From an uncultured Clostridia bacterium (GTDB taxonomy: Bacteria > Bacillota > Clostridia > Christensenellales > UBA1242), in the NCBI GenBank assembly GCA_944381135.1, contig CALWJY010000015.1, forward strand, positions 291,453-355,452: a stretch of 64,000 nt of DNA, in the 5' to 3' direction. This document shows positions 1 to 8,445 of the stretch, piece after piece (position 1 is the first letter of the stretch; each line of letters opens with the position of its first letter). A program made the position numbers and the translations under genes. The notes beneath the pieces were generated by a model. That model ran no database searches, was not told the DNA's origin, and worked only from the letters and a program-made list of their open reading frames with translations.

Positions 1-3
1 ATT

Positions 4-1056
4 TCAATCATGTGCCACCTCTTTTTCAACTTGAGCAAATGCATCAGTCAAAAATTTCAGACTTTTCTCGCGCTCTGCAGAAACTTTTTCTTTGACAGCG
101 GAAAAATCCAACTTAAAGAGGTTTTCATCTTCAAGTGTTTTGAAGTTTCTATCCTCAAGCCCCGTCATCTTCAAAAGCGTTGCAATGCGTGATTTTGTGC
201 TTTTGAATGGCATGAAAGAAACAAACGGTTTTTCAAGCGCAATTGACATGGCATGCCCATGAAAAGAATTTGTGCAGACAAGTTCGGCAGAGGAAATGAG
301 GTCAACAAATTCGCTTGGATTGGTTTTGAAAAATTTGTCAAAAGACTTGTTGATGTTCACCACCTTCAAGCCAAATTTTTGTGCAATTTCTTCCACTTTT
401 TGCTTATATTCTTTCTTCGGAGCAAGAAAATATGTCAGCACATATTTTTCCGGTTTGTTTTTGACAGGTTGTGCAAATTTTTCCCATTCCTCCTTTGTCA
501 AAAGCATGGTTGGGTCAAGCACAACAGGCGCTTGTTCGCCACAAAGGTTTTCAATGATTTTTGCACCCTCGTTTTCACGGACTGACAGATGTGAAATGTG
601 GTTAAGTCCATTTTTGAAAGTGTCTTCAAATTTTTCTATCAATTTTTCAACACCAAAACTTGGTGCATATGCCACGCATTTTTCTTTTTCTGCAAATTCA
701 AGAAAACTGATTTTTTTGTTTGCCATATATTTTGGGTTCCAAACTTGGTCGCTTCCCACCACAAAGGCGTCAAAATTTTTTGCTTTCCTTTCAAGTTTTT
801 TGGTTGAAAAACAGCCAATTTTGACATTATGAAGAAACTTTTTTGTGTGCTTTTTTGAATTCTTCATTCGTTCGACAACCGGCACAAATGGCACAATGTT
901 TGCAAGTGGCATGACAAGAGAATAAATCTTCTTCGGGCTGACAGCAAGTGTTGTCACCTCGTGTCCCATTTTGATTATGGTCTGCTCCAAAGCATAGTTT
1001 TGAAGTCTGTTTCCATGATTGAAAAAATCATAAATTGTCACAATTGCAACTTTCAT
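4..1056 (-). CDS. polysaccharide pyruvyl transferase family protein
   Basis: Complete ORF 4..1107 with a TGA stop at 4-6. I trimmed the start to the ATG at 1056, which follows GGGAGGAA (the minus-strand sequence is GGGAGGAATTTGATG). The N-terminal 'KVAIVTIYDFFNHGNRLQNYAL' and 'VVGSDQVWNP' motifs are typical of the PS_pyruv_trans (CsaB/WcaK-like) family. Confidence 0.75.
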   Translation of the reverse strand: MKVAIVTIYDFFNHGNRLQNYALEQTIIKMGHEVTTLAVSPKKIYSLVMPLANIVPFVPVVERMKNSKKHTKKFLHNVKIGCFSTKKLERKAKNFDAFVVGSDQVWNPKYMANKKISFLEFAEKEKCVAYAPSFGVEKLIEKFEDTFKNGLNHISHLSVRENEGAKIIENLCGEQAPVVLDPTMLLTKEEWEKFAQPVKNKPEKYVLTYFLAPKKEYKQKVEEIAQKFGLKVVNINKSFDKFFKTNPSEFVDLISSAELVCTNSFHGHAMSIALEKPFVSFMPFKSTKSRIATLLKMTGLEDRNFKTLEDENLFKLDFSAVKEKVSAEREKSLKFLTDAFAQVEKEVAHD

Positions 1057-1138
1057 CAAATTCCTCCCGCACTTGCTGTTCTTGCTGGAAACAATCAAGT
1101 TTTTCATCTAATTTGGCAAAGAGTAAAGCAAAAATTTG

Positions 1139-2119
1139 TCAACTTCTCTTTGCTTTTTTCTTCTTAAGTTTCTTTCCAATCATAAAGAAGTTTGTTCTTT
1201 TGTTGGAGTAGAAAATTACAAGCAAAACAGCAAACAAAACAATTGAAATCAAGATTGAAAACACCATCCACCCTGCAGTGACCGGATGTCCGAAAAAGTC
1301 CAAATTTATGGAATAGTCGTTTAAAAGTGCGTCAATAACCTCTGGAGGCACAGAACTTCGCAAATGTCTGATGACACCGCCCATAAAATAGTTTCGGAAA
1401 AGCCCGGCAGAATATGTCCCCGGAATGAAACATGCAATGTATTGAATGTAGGACGGAAGCATTGAAAACGGCAGATAAGCCCCAATCAAAAAGCCAATTG
1501 CTGTGCAGAAAACACTGTTCAATGCGCCCAAAGCGCCCGTTGTTTTGATGAAACTGCAAATCAGCACCATCAAGAAAGCGGAAGAGAAAACCGAAATCAC
1601 CATCACGCACAAGATTGTCAGAAAATCTGAAAAAGACATCATCAGTCCGCCTGTTGCGGCGAGATAGATGATGGAAAGCGCCAGCACAATCAAACAAATT
1701 GTGAATGTGATGAGAAAGCATGAGATGATGTAGCTTAAATAAAGCACCCAGCGTTTCACCGGTGCTGAGATGACATCGTTCACATTTCCTGTCATTCTGT
1801 CACGCACCATGACAATGTTGGCATTCAACGCAATTGTTATGCACGAAACACCCATAACGCCCGAAATCATCCAATTGTTGACAAGCGCGTTCACATCCGC
1901 AATTGTGACAGTTTCCACGCCTTGTTCTTGAAGCATTGCCAAAATTGATTCCGCCTGCATGTCGCCCAAAAACAAAACATAAAGCAAAAGCACGATGATT
2001 GGCGCCAAAACAGAAAAGAAGACAGTCATTTTGTCTTTCATATAGAGTTTTATGTTTCTTTTGACAAGAACGCCCAGCGCCAGCCAATTGTTTCCAAACT
2101 TATTCTTTGTCTTCCCCAT
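1139..2119 (-). CDS. ABC-2 type transporter permease
   Basis: The protein has about six hydrophobic helices and the layout of the ABC-2 family. The ATG at 2119 follows AAAGAGG. The gene overlaps the 3' end of the upstream ATPase gene by 20 nt, which suggests translational coupling. Confidence 0.75.
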   Translation of the reverse strand: MGKTKNKFGNNWLALGVLVKRNIKLYMKDKMTVFFSVLAPIIVLLLYVLFLGDMQAESILAMLQEQGVETVTIADVNALVNNWMISGVMGVSCITIALNANIVMVRDRMTGNVNDVISAPVKRWVLYLSYIISCFLITFTICLIVLALSIIYLAATGGLMMSFSDFLTILCVMVISVFSSAFLMVLICSFIKTTGALGALNSVFCTAIGFLIGAYLPFSMLPSYIQYIACFIPGTYSAGLFRNYFMGGVIRHLRSSVPPEVIDALLNDYSINLDFFGHPVTAGWMVFSILISIVLFAVLLVIFYSNKRTNFFMIGKKLKKKKAKRS

Positions 2120-3020
2120 GCTCAAACCTCTTTCCTGTGATGTTCAAAAACACATCGTCCATATCACCTTTCAGCACCTCAAAATCGGTGAGATATTCTC
2201 CAAATTTCGAGATGATTTCTTTTGCGTCGGCGCTGTCTTTGATTTTGATGTGATAGCAATCGCCAATATATGGCAAATCTTGCCCAAAAGCCTTTTCAAA
2301 TTCTTCATTTCGTGGCATGTAGGCTTTGATATAGTCAGAAGAATATTGCGTCTTCAAATTGTGAGGCGTGTCGTTTGCAACAATGTGCCCTGAATCAATC
2401 ATCACCACCCTGTCCGCTTTGTTTGCCTCTTCCATATAGTGCGTTGTCAAAAAAACGGTCATTTTTTGAGAAATTCTCAAATCATTAATCAAATCCCAAA
2501 TTCTCATGCGCGTTTGTGGGTCAAGTCCGGTTGTTGGCTCATCCAAAACCAAAAGTTTTGGAAAGTTGATGAGCCCTCTTGCAATGTCCACCCTTCTTTT
2601 TTGCCCACCGCTCAAATTCCTTAGAGGTTTCTTTAAAATTGGCGCAAGGTCCAAAAGTTCCACAAGTTCATCCATGCGCGTTTTCCATTGCTTTCCTCTC
2701 AGCCCATAAAAGCCCGCACGAATTGTCAAATTATCCTTGACAGAAAGCATGTCATCAAGCGCGGAGTTTTGAAAAACCACTCCAATTTTGGACTTGATTT
2801 CATCTGCATGTTCGTCCAAGTCTAAGCCATCAATCAAAATTTTTCCGCTGTCTTTTTTCAAAATGGAACAAATGATGTTGATTGTGGTTGATTTCCCTGC
2901 GCCATTAAGACCCAAAAAAGCAAACAAACTTCCCGCTTCAACATCGAAAGAAATGCCGTCAACAGCTTTGACATCACCATAATATTTTTTTAAGTCACGA
3001 ATTTCAATGATATTTTTCAT
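2100..3020 (-). CDS. ABC transporter ATP-binding protein (DrrA/CcmA-like, with C-terminal extension)
   Basis: Walker A 'GLNGAGKST', ABC signature 'LSGGQKRR', Walker B 'LLVLDEPTTGLD' and H-loop 'TTHYMEEA' are all present. A tail of about 80 aa follows the nucleotide-binding domain. Confidence 0.9.
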   Translation of the reverse strand: MKNIIEIRDLKKYYGDVKAVDGISFDVEAGSLFAFLGLNGAGKSTTINIICSILKKDSGKILIDGLDLDEHADEIKSKIGVVFQNSALDDMLSVKDNLTIRAGFYGLRGKQWKTRMDELVELLDLAPILKKPLRNLSGGQKRRVDIARGLINFPKLLVLDEPTTGLDPQTRMRIWDLINDLRISQKMTVFLTTHYMEEANKADRVVMIDSGHIVANDTPHNLKTQYSSDYIKAYMPRNEEFEKAFGQDLPYIGDCYHIKIKDSADAKEIISKFGEYLTDFEVLKGDMDDVFLNITGKRFEHGEDKE

Positions 3021-3035
3021 AATGCCATTATATCA
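3021..3035 (-). promoter_or_regulatory. extended -10 promoter (TGATATAAT) ending 6 nt before the ABC ATPase ATG; candidate leaderless transcript
   Basis: The minus strand reads TTATGATATAATGGCATT-ATG. There is no Shine-Dalgarno sequence between the -10 and the start codon. Confidence 0.35.
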
Positions 3036-3186
3036 TAAGAAACTTTGAAAAAAAAATGTTTATTCCATCTTGTTGAAAATTTTTAAATGTTTTGACAAAT
3101 TTTGTTGAAAAAACTATTGCAAAAAACGACAAAATCAATTAAAATATATCTATAGAGAAAAAATCAACACAAATTGGAGGTTTACA

Positions 3187-3660
3187 ATGGGACTTTTTGG
3201 TTGGGGAAAGAAAAAAGATAAGAAAAAAGAAGTCGAAAAAACTGTAAAGGAAGAGACAAAAACTTTTGCCAATGTTGAAACACAGGAAAAGCCGGTTCAA
3301 ACACAAGAAAAGGCAAGAGAAAGTCAAAACGAAAAATCAAATGAAAACAAAACTGTGAAAAAGGTGCAAAACCAAAAGGAAACATCTTCAAATCGCACTG
3401 CTTCTGAAAAGAAAAAAGCCGAAAAAGTTGAAACAAAAGAATTGATCGAGACAAAAGAAACCAAAACAAAGAAACCAATCTATCGTGTTTTGTATGACAA
3501 AGAAGCACGCGTTTGGGTCATCAAAAAGGACGGTGCAAAACGCATTATTGCCACATTTGCCACCAAAGAAGAAGCCCTCACCCGCGTGAAAGACCTTTCA
3601 CAAAGCCAAGACACCGGCTTCATTGTTCATAAAAAAGACGGAAAATTTCAGAAAAAATAA
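3187..3660 (+). CDS. DUF2188-like small protein with Lys/Glu-rich N-terminal extension
   Basis: A GGAGG SD lies 6 nt upstream of the ATG. The C-terminal 'YRVLYDKEARVWVIKKDGAKRIIATFATKEEALTRVKDL...IVHKKDGKFQ' matches the DUF2188 pattern. The first ~95 aa are K/E/T-rich and low in complexity. Confidence 0.65.
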   Translation: MGLFGWGKKKDKKKEVEKTVKEETKTFANVETQEKPVQTQEKARESQNEKSNENKTVKKVQNQKETSSNRTASEKKKAEKVETKELIETKETKTKKPIYRVLYDKEARVWVIKKDGAKRIIATFATKEEALTRVKDLSQSQDTGFIVHKKDGKFQKK

Positions 3661-3723
3661 AAAAACAAAAACCTTTAAACAAAATTTAAACTGAAAAATT
3701 CGAAAAAAATTTTAATAAAAATT

Positions 3724-3758
3724 TAAAAATGCATCACGGTTTAAGTGGTGCATTTTTA
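3724..3758. terminator. bidirectional rho-independent terminator hairpin
   Basis: AAAAATGCATCAC-ggtttaa-GTGGTGCATTTTT is a 9-bp stem with one G-T pair, flanked by A and T runs. It lies between convergent genes. Confidence 0.5.
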
Positions 3759-3831
3759 TGTATTTTGCAAATTTTCATAGCAGAATTTTAAACGAAAAAG
3801 CACGACGCCCCAAAAAAATAAACTTAAAGAA

Positions 3832-4035
3832 TCAATCTTCCAGCCCGCAAAGATAGTCCGCTGAGACTTTAAAAAATTTTGCGAGTGCAACCAAATTTTC
3901 AATGCTTGGAACTCTTTTATCTCTTTCCCATAAACTGATTGCCATTTTGCTTACACCTATCTGCTTTGCAAGTTCTTCAATTGTCAAGTTTTCCTCATTT
4001 CTCAATTCTTTCAATCTTTCAGCAAAAATTTTCAT
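3832..4035 (-). CDS. XRE-family helix-turn-helix transcriptional regulator
   Basis: 'LKELRNEENLTIEELAKQIGVSKMAISLWERDKRVPSIENLVALAKFFKVSADYL' is a canonical HTH_3 sequence. An AGGAGA SD precedes the start. Confidence 0.85.
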   Translation of the reverse strand: MKIFAERLKELRNEENLTIEELAKQIGVSKMAISLWERDKRVPSIENLVALAKFFKVSADYLCGLED

Positions 4036-4069
4036 ATATGTCTCCTGTAAAGTTTATAAAAATTTTACA

Positions 4070-4133
4070 CTTTTGTTTACATATTTAGTTGACAATAAAC
4101 AATAGTTTACTATATAATCTTGGTAAACAAAAG
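4070..4133. promoter_or_regulatory. divergent promoter/operator region between two HTH genes
   Basis: On the plus strand, TTGACA (4089-4094) is followed 18 nt later by TATAAT (4113-4118). A perfect 11-bp inverted repeat, CTTTTGTTTAC (4070-4080) and GTAAACAAAAG (4123-4133), brackets this promoter. A third GTTTAC half-site lies at 4105-4110. Confidence 0.45.
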
Positions 4134-4149
4134 TTTAAAGAGGCACAAA

Positions 4150-4377
4150 ATGAACAAATCTAATTATGGTTCTATGAAAGGTGTGATTAAGATTGAATTG
4201 ATTGAAAAGTTCATGAAAGAAAAACATCTATCCAAACAAGAATTTGCGTATAGATGTAAAATTTCTTTGAAAGATTTGCAAAAAGTTTGCGACGAAGTTT
4301 CTCACTTCGAGCCAATTTGCCTTTTGAAAATTGCAAGAACAATAGGTGTGGAATTTTCTGACTTGGTCAATTCTTAA
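4150..4377 (+). CDS. small HTH-like (Cro/XRE-like) protein
   Basis: The ATG at 4150 follows AAAGAGG. 'HLSKQEFAYRCKISLKDLQKV' is HTH-like. The track ORF starts at a TTG at 4120, but that position lies next to the -10 element and is unlikely to be translated. Confidence 0.55.
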   Translation: MNKSNYGSMKGVIKIELIEKFMKEKHLSKQEFAYRCKISLKDLQKVCDEVSHFEPICLLKIARTIGVEFSDLVNS

Positions 4378-4400
4378 ATCTTTGACTTCTTAAAGTCATT

Positions 4401-4979
4401 CTATATTTTCTTTATGTCTTCAAGTTTGATGACTTCAATTTTGGCAGTTATGATTTGCAGATGATGAATTTGTTTGTTTTTCAAACTTATGCGCCTCAAG
4501 AAGAATGCGTCAACCGCTTCCCACAAGAAAACCCAAGCGCAAATCTCAAGAAAAATGTCAAGATAATCATTTGGGAAATAGGCATAAGACAAAAGTAAAA
4601 CAGATAAGAAAGTAAGCCCCACTAAAAGCATTGTCAAACAGAAAAACAAGTTCCTTTTCTGCTCAATTTTCATCTCGTTATAGTCTTTTTTAAACTTGTT
4701 TCTTATGGCATTTTCCACTTCTTGACTTGAAGCTTGCTCGTTGGTGTAAACCTTTATGCGCAAATCTCTGTTTGCTGGCACAAATCGTGTTTCGCTGATG
4801 ATGTATGAGCCCAATTCTTCGTTCAGTTTCTCATTGCTGTCATAGTCATATTCCGAAAAAATTTGATTTTTTCGCTCTGCCTTTATGGCAATCACAGCAT
4901 GCCCGTCACTGTCAATCATAAAGTCGTCAAATTTTGGAACTTTTCGGTCTGCATCTCTGAATTTCTTTCTTAAAAACAT
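4401..4979 (-). CDS. hypothetical membrane protein (soluble N-domain plus two C-terminal TM helices)
   Basis: The ATG follows GGGAGAGGA. The hydrophobic segments 'LFFCLTMLLVGLTFLSVLLLSYA' and 'IFLEICAWVFLWEAVDAFFL' are present. I recognise no family. Confidence 0.5.
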   Translation of the reverse strand: MFLRKKFRDADRKVPKFDDFMIDSDGHAVIAIKAERKNQIFSEYDYDSNEKLNEELGSYIISETRFVPANRDLRIKVYTNEQASSQEVENAIRNKFKKDYNEMKIEQKRNLFFCLTMLLVGLTFLSVLLLSYAYFPNDYLDIFLEICAWVFLWEAVDAFFLRRISLKNKQIHHLQIITAKIEVIKLEDIKKI

Positions 4980-5063
4980 ATCCTCTCCCACACTTCAGTT
5001 TGTCTTTTTCTACTAATTTAACATGTCATATCAATTTTGCTTTTTGCCTTTTACGCAAAACAT

Positions 5064-5552
5064 TCAGCAGTTTGCTGTCACAACAACATCCACCCCTGTG
5101 CCAAGCACATTTTTGATGATTATGTCTCCATATTTGACATCTTTGAGCCTCAGTTTTTCCACCTCTTTCACACAATCAAAAATCAGGTTTTTTGGAATTG
5201 GAGCCGTGGTCTTGCAAGACCTGACACCATGCTCTGTCTTGACTGAAGTCGTGACAATTCGTTTTGGACATGTCACTTCCTCTTTTGCAAAAACAACTCC
5301 ACGATTGCACCCGTTGCCCGTCACCTCAACATTTTCGCCGTCGACTTTCACTGTCAAACTGCAACCCATTGGACACATGATGCAAATCATATGTCTTGTC
5401 TGTGTTGTTGTCTTGTTTGTCACATTGTTTTTTGCACTTTGTGCTGAAACTTTTTTTATTTCTTTTCTTTGCGACAAACTTTTTTCGACTTTCAATTTTT
5501 GCGTCTGTGTTTTTTGATTTTTTTCAGTGGTTTTTGTCTGCTTTATTGCCAT
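5064..5552 (-). CDS. DUF1667 domain protein (third subunit of clostridial-type glycerol-3-P dehydrogenase gene set) with Lys-rich N-terminal extension
   Basis: 'CIMCPMGCSLTVKVDGENVEVTGNGCNRG' and 'TCPKRIVTTSVKT' are DUF1667 hallmarks. An AGGTGA SD precedes the ATG at 5552, which lies only 8 nt after the upstream stop. Confidence 0.75.
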   Translation of the reverse strand: MAIKQTKTTEKNQKTQTQKLKVEKSLSQRKEIKKVSAQSAKNNVTNKTTTQTRHMICIMCPMGCSLTVKVDGENVEVTGNGCNRGVVFAKEEVTCPKRIVTTSVKTEHGVRSCKTTAPIPKNLIFDCVKEVEKLRLKDVKYGDIIIKNVLGTGVDVVVTANC

Positions 5553-5560
5553 ATTTCACC

Positions 5561-6781
5561 TCACTCAATTTCCAAACTGATTCGCCCGGTGGCTCCGCTT
5601 TTGTCAAATGTCAAACTCATCATCTCGCCCGGCACTCCCGCCAAAATGAACCGTTTGCCAAGGATGTTTGCCCCACACTTTGCCGTCAAAGTTTTTCTGA
5701 CCACTTTTTCTTTGAGGCGAAACTTCACTTCAACTTGTCCTGCGCCCTCATACACTTTGCTTGGCAAAACATACGAAAAACCCTCCCCCGCAACAATTGG
5801 AATTTTTTTTGTGCGTGGTGGCAACTTGCCTTGTGCATAGAGGCTGGCAAATTTTCCTGCAAGTTTTGCCTCAAGCGCCACATTATCCACAAGGTCATGC
5901 ACATGCAAAATGTTTCCGCAAGAAAAAAGCCACTGTTTGTCAGTTTGATAGAACTCATTGACAACAGCACCATTTGTCACTCTGGACTTTGTCACAAAAT
6001 CTGCCATTTCCATTTCTGGAATAAGCCCAACCGACAAAACAACTGTGTCACACTTAAGAAATTTCTTTGTGTTGTCAATCGGTTTCATGTTTTCATCCAC
6101 TTGTCCAAACCAAACGCCTTCCACGCGGTCTTTCCCAACAACTTCAAAAATTGTTGTGTTGTAGAGAAGTGGAATGTTGAAGTCCTCAAGGCACTGCATG
6201 ATGTTTCGTCTAAGCCCCGAACTTGTCTTGTTGATTTCCAAAACTGCGTGCACTTTTGCACCCTCAAGCGTCAGTCTGCGCGCCATAATCAGCCCAATGT
6301 CTCCACTTCCCAAAATGACAACATCTTTTCCAACCATTTTTCCGTCAATGTTGACCATTTTTTGCACCGTGCCAGCAGTCAAAACTCCGGCTGGACGCGT
6401 GCCACAAAGCGAAATGTTGCCTGCAGTGCGCTCTCTGCAACCCATTGCCAAAATCACTGCTTTTGCCTCAATTGTTTGCACTCCAAGTGCGCCCATAACC
6501 TCAACTTTTTTCTCGCCAATTTTTGTCACAAGAGCGGAGGTGAAAACCGTGATGTTTTTGTCCGCTTCCACCATTTCTCTGAACCTATGTGCAAATTCGG
6601 GACCCGTGAGTTCTTCCTTAAAATAGTGAAGTCCAAAACCATTATGGATGCATTGGTTCAAAATTCCACCCAAAATTTCATCGCGCTCCACAATCACAAC
6701 TTTGCTTCCGTTTTCTGAGGCAGAAAGTGCTGCGCTCATTCCTGCAGGACCACCGCCAATAACAAGCACATCAGTTTTCAT
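5561..6781 (-). CDS. NAD(P)/FAD-dependent pyridine nucleotide-disulfide-type oxidoreductase (GlpB-like partner)
   Basis: The N-terminus has a 'DVLVIGGGPAGMSAA' dinucleotide fold, and a second Rossmann motif 'VVILGSGDIGLIMA' follows. The gene overlaps the upstream gene by 4 nt. Confidence 0.85.
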   Translation of the reverse strand: MKTDVLVIGGGPAGMSAALSASENGSKVVIVERDEILGGILNQCIHNGFGLHYFKEELTGPEFAHRFREMVEADKNITVFTSALVTKIGEKKVEVMGALGVQTIEAKAVILAMGCRERTAGNISLCGTRPAGVLTAGTVQKMVNIDGKMVGKDVVILGSGDIGLIMARRLTLEGAKVHAVLEINKTSSGLRRNIMQCLEDFNIPLLYNTTIFEVVGKDRVEGVWFGQVDENMKPIDNTKKFLKCDTVVLSVGLIPEMEMADFVTKSRVTNGAVVNEFYQTDKQWLFSCGNILHVHDLVDNVALEAKLAGKFASLYAQGKLPPRTKKIPIVAGEGFSYVLPSKVYEGAGQVEVKFRLKEKVVRKTLTAKCGANILGKRFILAGVPGEMMSLTFDKSGATGRISLEIE

Positions 6782-8196
6782 TCTTTCACCTCCCGAATTT
6801 CGCCAACTGCAACCTCGCTTCCTCGGTTTTCTTTCAACACTTTTTCATATTTCACACCGCACTCTTCAGAGATTGCTTTCACAACCTTTGTGAAACAAAA
6901 ACCACTTTGGCATCTTCCCATGCCAGCGTTTGTCCTTCTTTTCACAGCGTCAACCGAATGAATGGCAAGAGGTCTGTGCAGTGCAGAAATCACATCCGCT
7001 TTGGTGATTTTTTCGCACTTGCAGACAATTTCTTTGTGTCTTGGATCTTGTTTAAGCATCTGCGCTTGCTCTTTTGGAGAGCAATCTTTAAACATTTTGT
7101 AAGGCTGAATTTTTTTCAAATTCTTCTTCTCAACATTCTCAAAACCAAGAAGTTCCAAAACCATTTCGGCAATTGCTGGCGCAGAAGAAAGCCCCGGTGA
7201 GCATATGCCCGCAAGGTTGACAAGCCCCTCTTGCAGAGAAGATTTTTCCACAATGAAATCGTCACCAGAAATCACGCGTACGCCCGCAAACTCTCTTATG
7301 GCATGGCGAAAATTGATTCCTGCAATCATTCCTCCCGCTTTTGATTTGATGTCATCAAGCCCAGCATTTGTGACTTGTGTGTTGTTTTCGCCGTCCTCGC
7401 TTGTTGGCCCAACAAGAAAATTCCCGTCCACTGTTGCAGTCACAAGCACGCCTTTTCCAAATTTGGTTGGAAGAGGAAAGATTGTGCAAGGCACCTCAAG
7501 TCCACACTGCTTGTCAAACACAAAATATTCCCCTCGTCTGAAAAGCAGAGGATGTTCCTCGCCTTTAAAAATCTTGGCAACTTCGTTATATCCTGCCCCT
7601 GCACTGTTGACAACGGTTTTGGCGTGGAATGTGTTTTTCTTTGTCTTAACCTCAAAAAAACCATCAACTTTCTTGGCAGAAATTAAATCTTCTTCCAAAA
7701 AAACTTCTCCGCCATTGACGATTGCCTCTTCCGTCAGTGTGATTGTGAAAAGATATGGGCTGACGATGTAGGCATTTGGTGCGAAAAGCGCCACAGAGAT
7801 GTGTTCTGAAATTTGCGGAACTTTTTGCAAAATTTGCGCCCTGTCCCAAATTTCCACCTCCACTCCGTTCGCATCACCGCGAGCCTTCAAATTGGCAATT
7901 TTTTCGGCGTCGTCGCCAACAACAAGCGCTCCACACTTTTTAAGTGGCACGCCCAAGCGCTGACAAATTTCCGGCATAAGCGCGGTTCCGCGAACATTCA
8001 ATTTTGCTTTCAAACTGCCAGGTTCTGGGTCATATCCAGCATGAACCAACCCGCTGTTTGCCTTGCTTGCACCTGTGGCAACATCACTTGCATGGTCAAT
8101 CATCGCACATTTTTTGCCAATTCTTGTCAATTTGTTGAAAACGGATGCGCCAACCACGCCTGCACCAACAATCAAACAATCATAAATTTTGTCCAT
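6778..8196 (-). CDS. FAD-dependent glycerol-3-phosphate dehydrogenase/oxidase with C-terminal BFD-like [2Fe-2S] domain
   Basis: 'YDCLIVGAGVVGASV' is a DAO-type FAD fold. 'CKCEKITKADVISAL...RRTNAGMGRCQSGFC' is a BFD-like domain. I trimmed the start to the ATG at 8196, which follows GGAGGAG. Confidence 0.85.
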   Translation of the reverse strand: MDKIYDCLIVGAGVVGASVFNKLTRIGKKCAMIDHASDVATGASKANSGLVHAGYDPEPGSLKAKLNVRGTALMPEICQRLGVPLKKCGALVVGDDAEKIANLKARGDANGVEVEIWDRAQILQKVPQISEHISVALFAPNAYIVSPYLFTITLTEEAIVNGGEVFLEEDLISAKKVDGFFEVKTKKNTFHAKTVVNSAGAGYNEVAKIFKGEEHPLLFRRGEYFVFDKQCGLEVPCTIFPLPTKFGKGVLVTATVDGNFLVGPTSEDGENNTQVTNAGLDDIKSKAGGMIAGINFRHAIREFAGVRVISGDDFIVEKSSLQEGLVNLAGICSPGLSSAPAIAEMVLELLGFENVEKKNLKKIQPYKMFKDCSPKEQAQMLKQDPRHKEIVCKCEKITKADVISALHRPLAIHSVDAVKRRTNAGMGRCQSGFCFTKVVKAISEECGVKYEKVLKENRGSEVAVGEIREVKE

Positions 8197-8215
8197 CACT
8201 CCTCCATTTGTCATC

Positions 8216-8245
8216 ATTTTAACTTTTTGCCACAATTTTTGTCAA
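8216..8245 (-). promoter_or_regulatory. sigma-70-type promoter of the glycerol-3-P dehydrogenase operon
   Basis: On the minus strand, TTGACA (8245..8240) is followed by an 18-nt spacer and TAAAAT (8221..8216). Confidence 0.5.
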
Positions 8246-8354
8246 ACATAATCAAGAGTTTGTCAATTTTTGGTCAATTTCACATTTTTGTCTGTGTCAT
8301 TTCCATACTTTGCAACAGAATTTTGAGACTTAAAATAAAAATTTGTCAATTTGT

Positions 8355-8383
8355 TTTTCAAAGGAGTTTTTTTGTGCTAAAAT
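8355..8383 (+). promoter_or_regulatory. extended -10 promoter of glpK
   Basis: TGCTAAAAT lies at 8375-8383, with a weak -35 TTTTCA at 8355-8360. Confidence 0.4.
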
Positions 8384-8445
8384 ATGCTTAAAGAATAAAA
8401 ACACTTTTGGTTTGCAAGTTTGAAATTTTTGATTTGGAGAAGCCT

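Noticed and set aside
3832-4991. A prophage or mobile element around the two HTH genes
   Set aside because: There are no integrase, recombinase, replication, structural or toxin genes and no flanking direct repeats. The tRNA gene is 26 kb away.
5396-6718. A 440-aa plus-strand ORF, the longest unexplained ORF in the track
   Set aside because: It lies entirely antisense to the well-supported FAD/NAD oxidoreductase gene (5561..6781). Its translation is Cys/Phe/His-rich, has no recognisable motif or RBS, and starts inside the DUF1667 gene. It is a classic shadow ORF.
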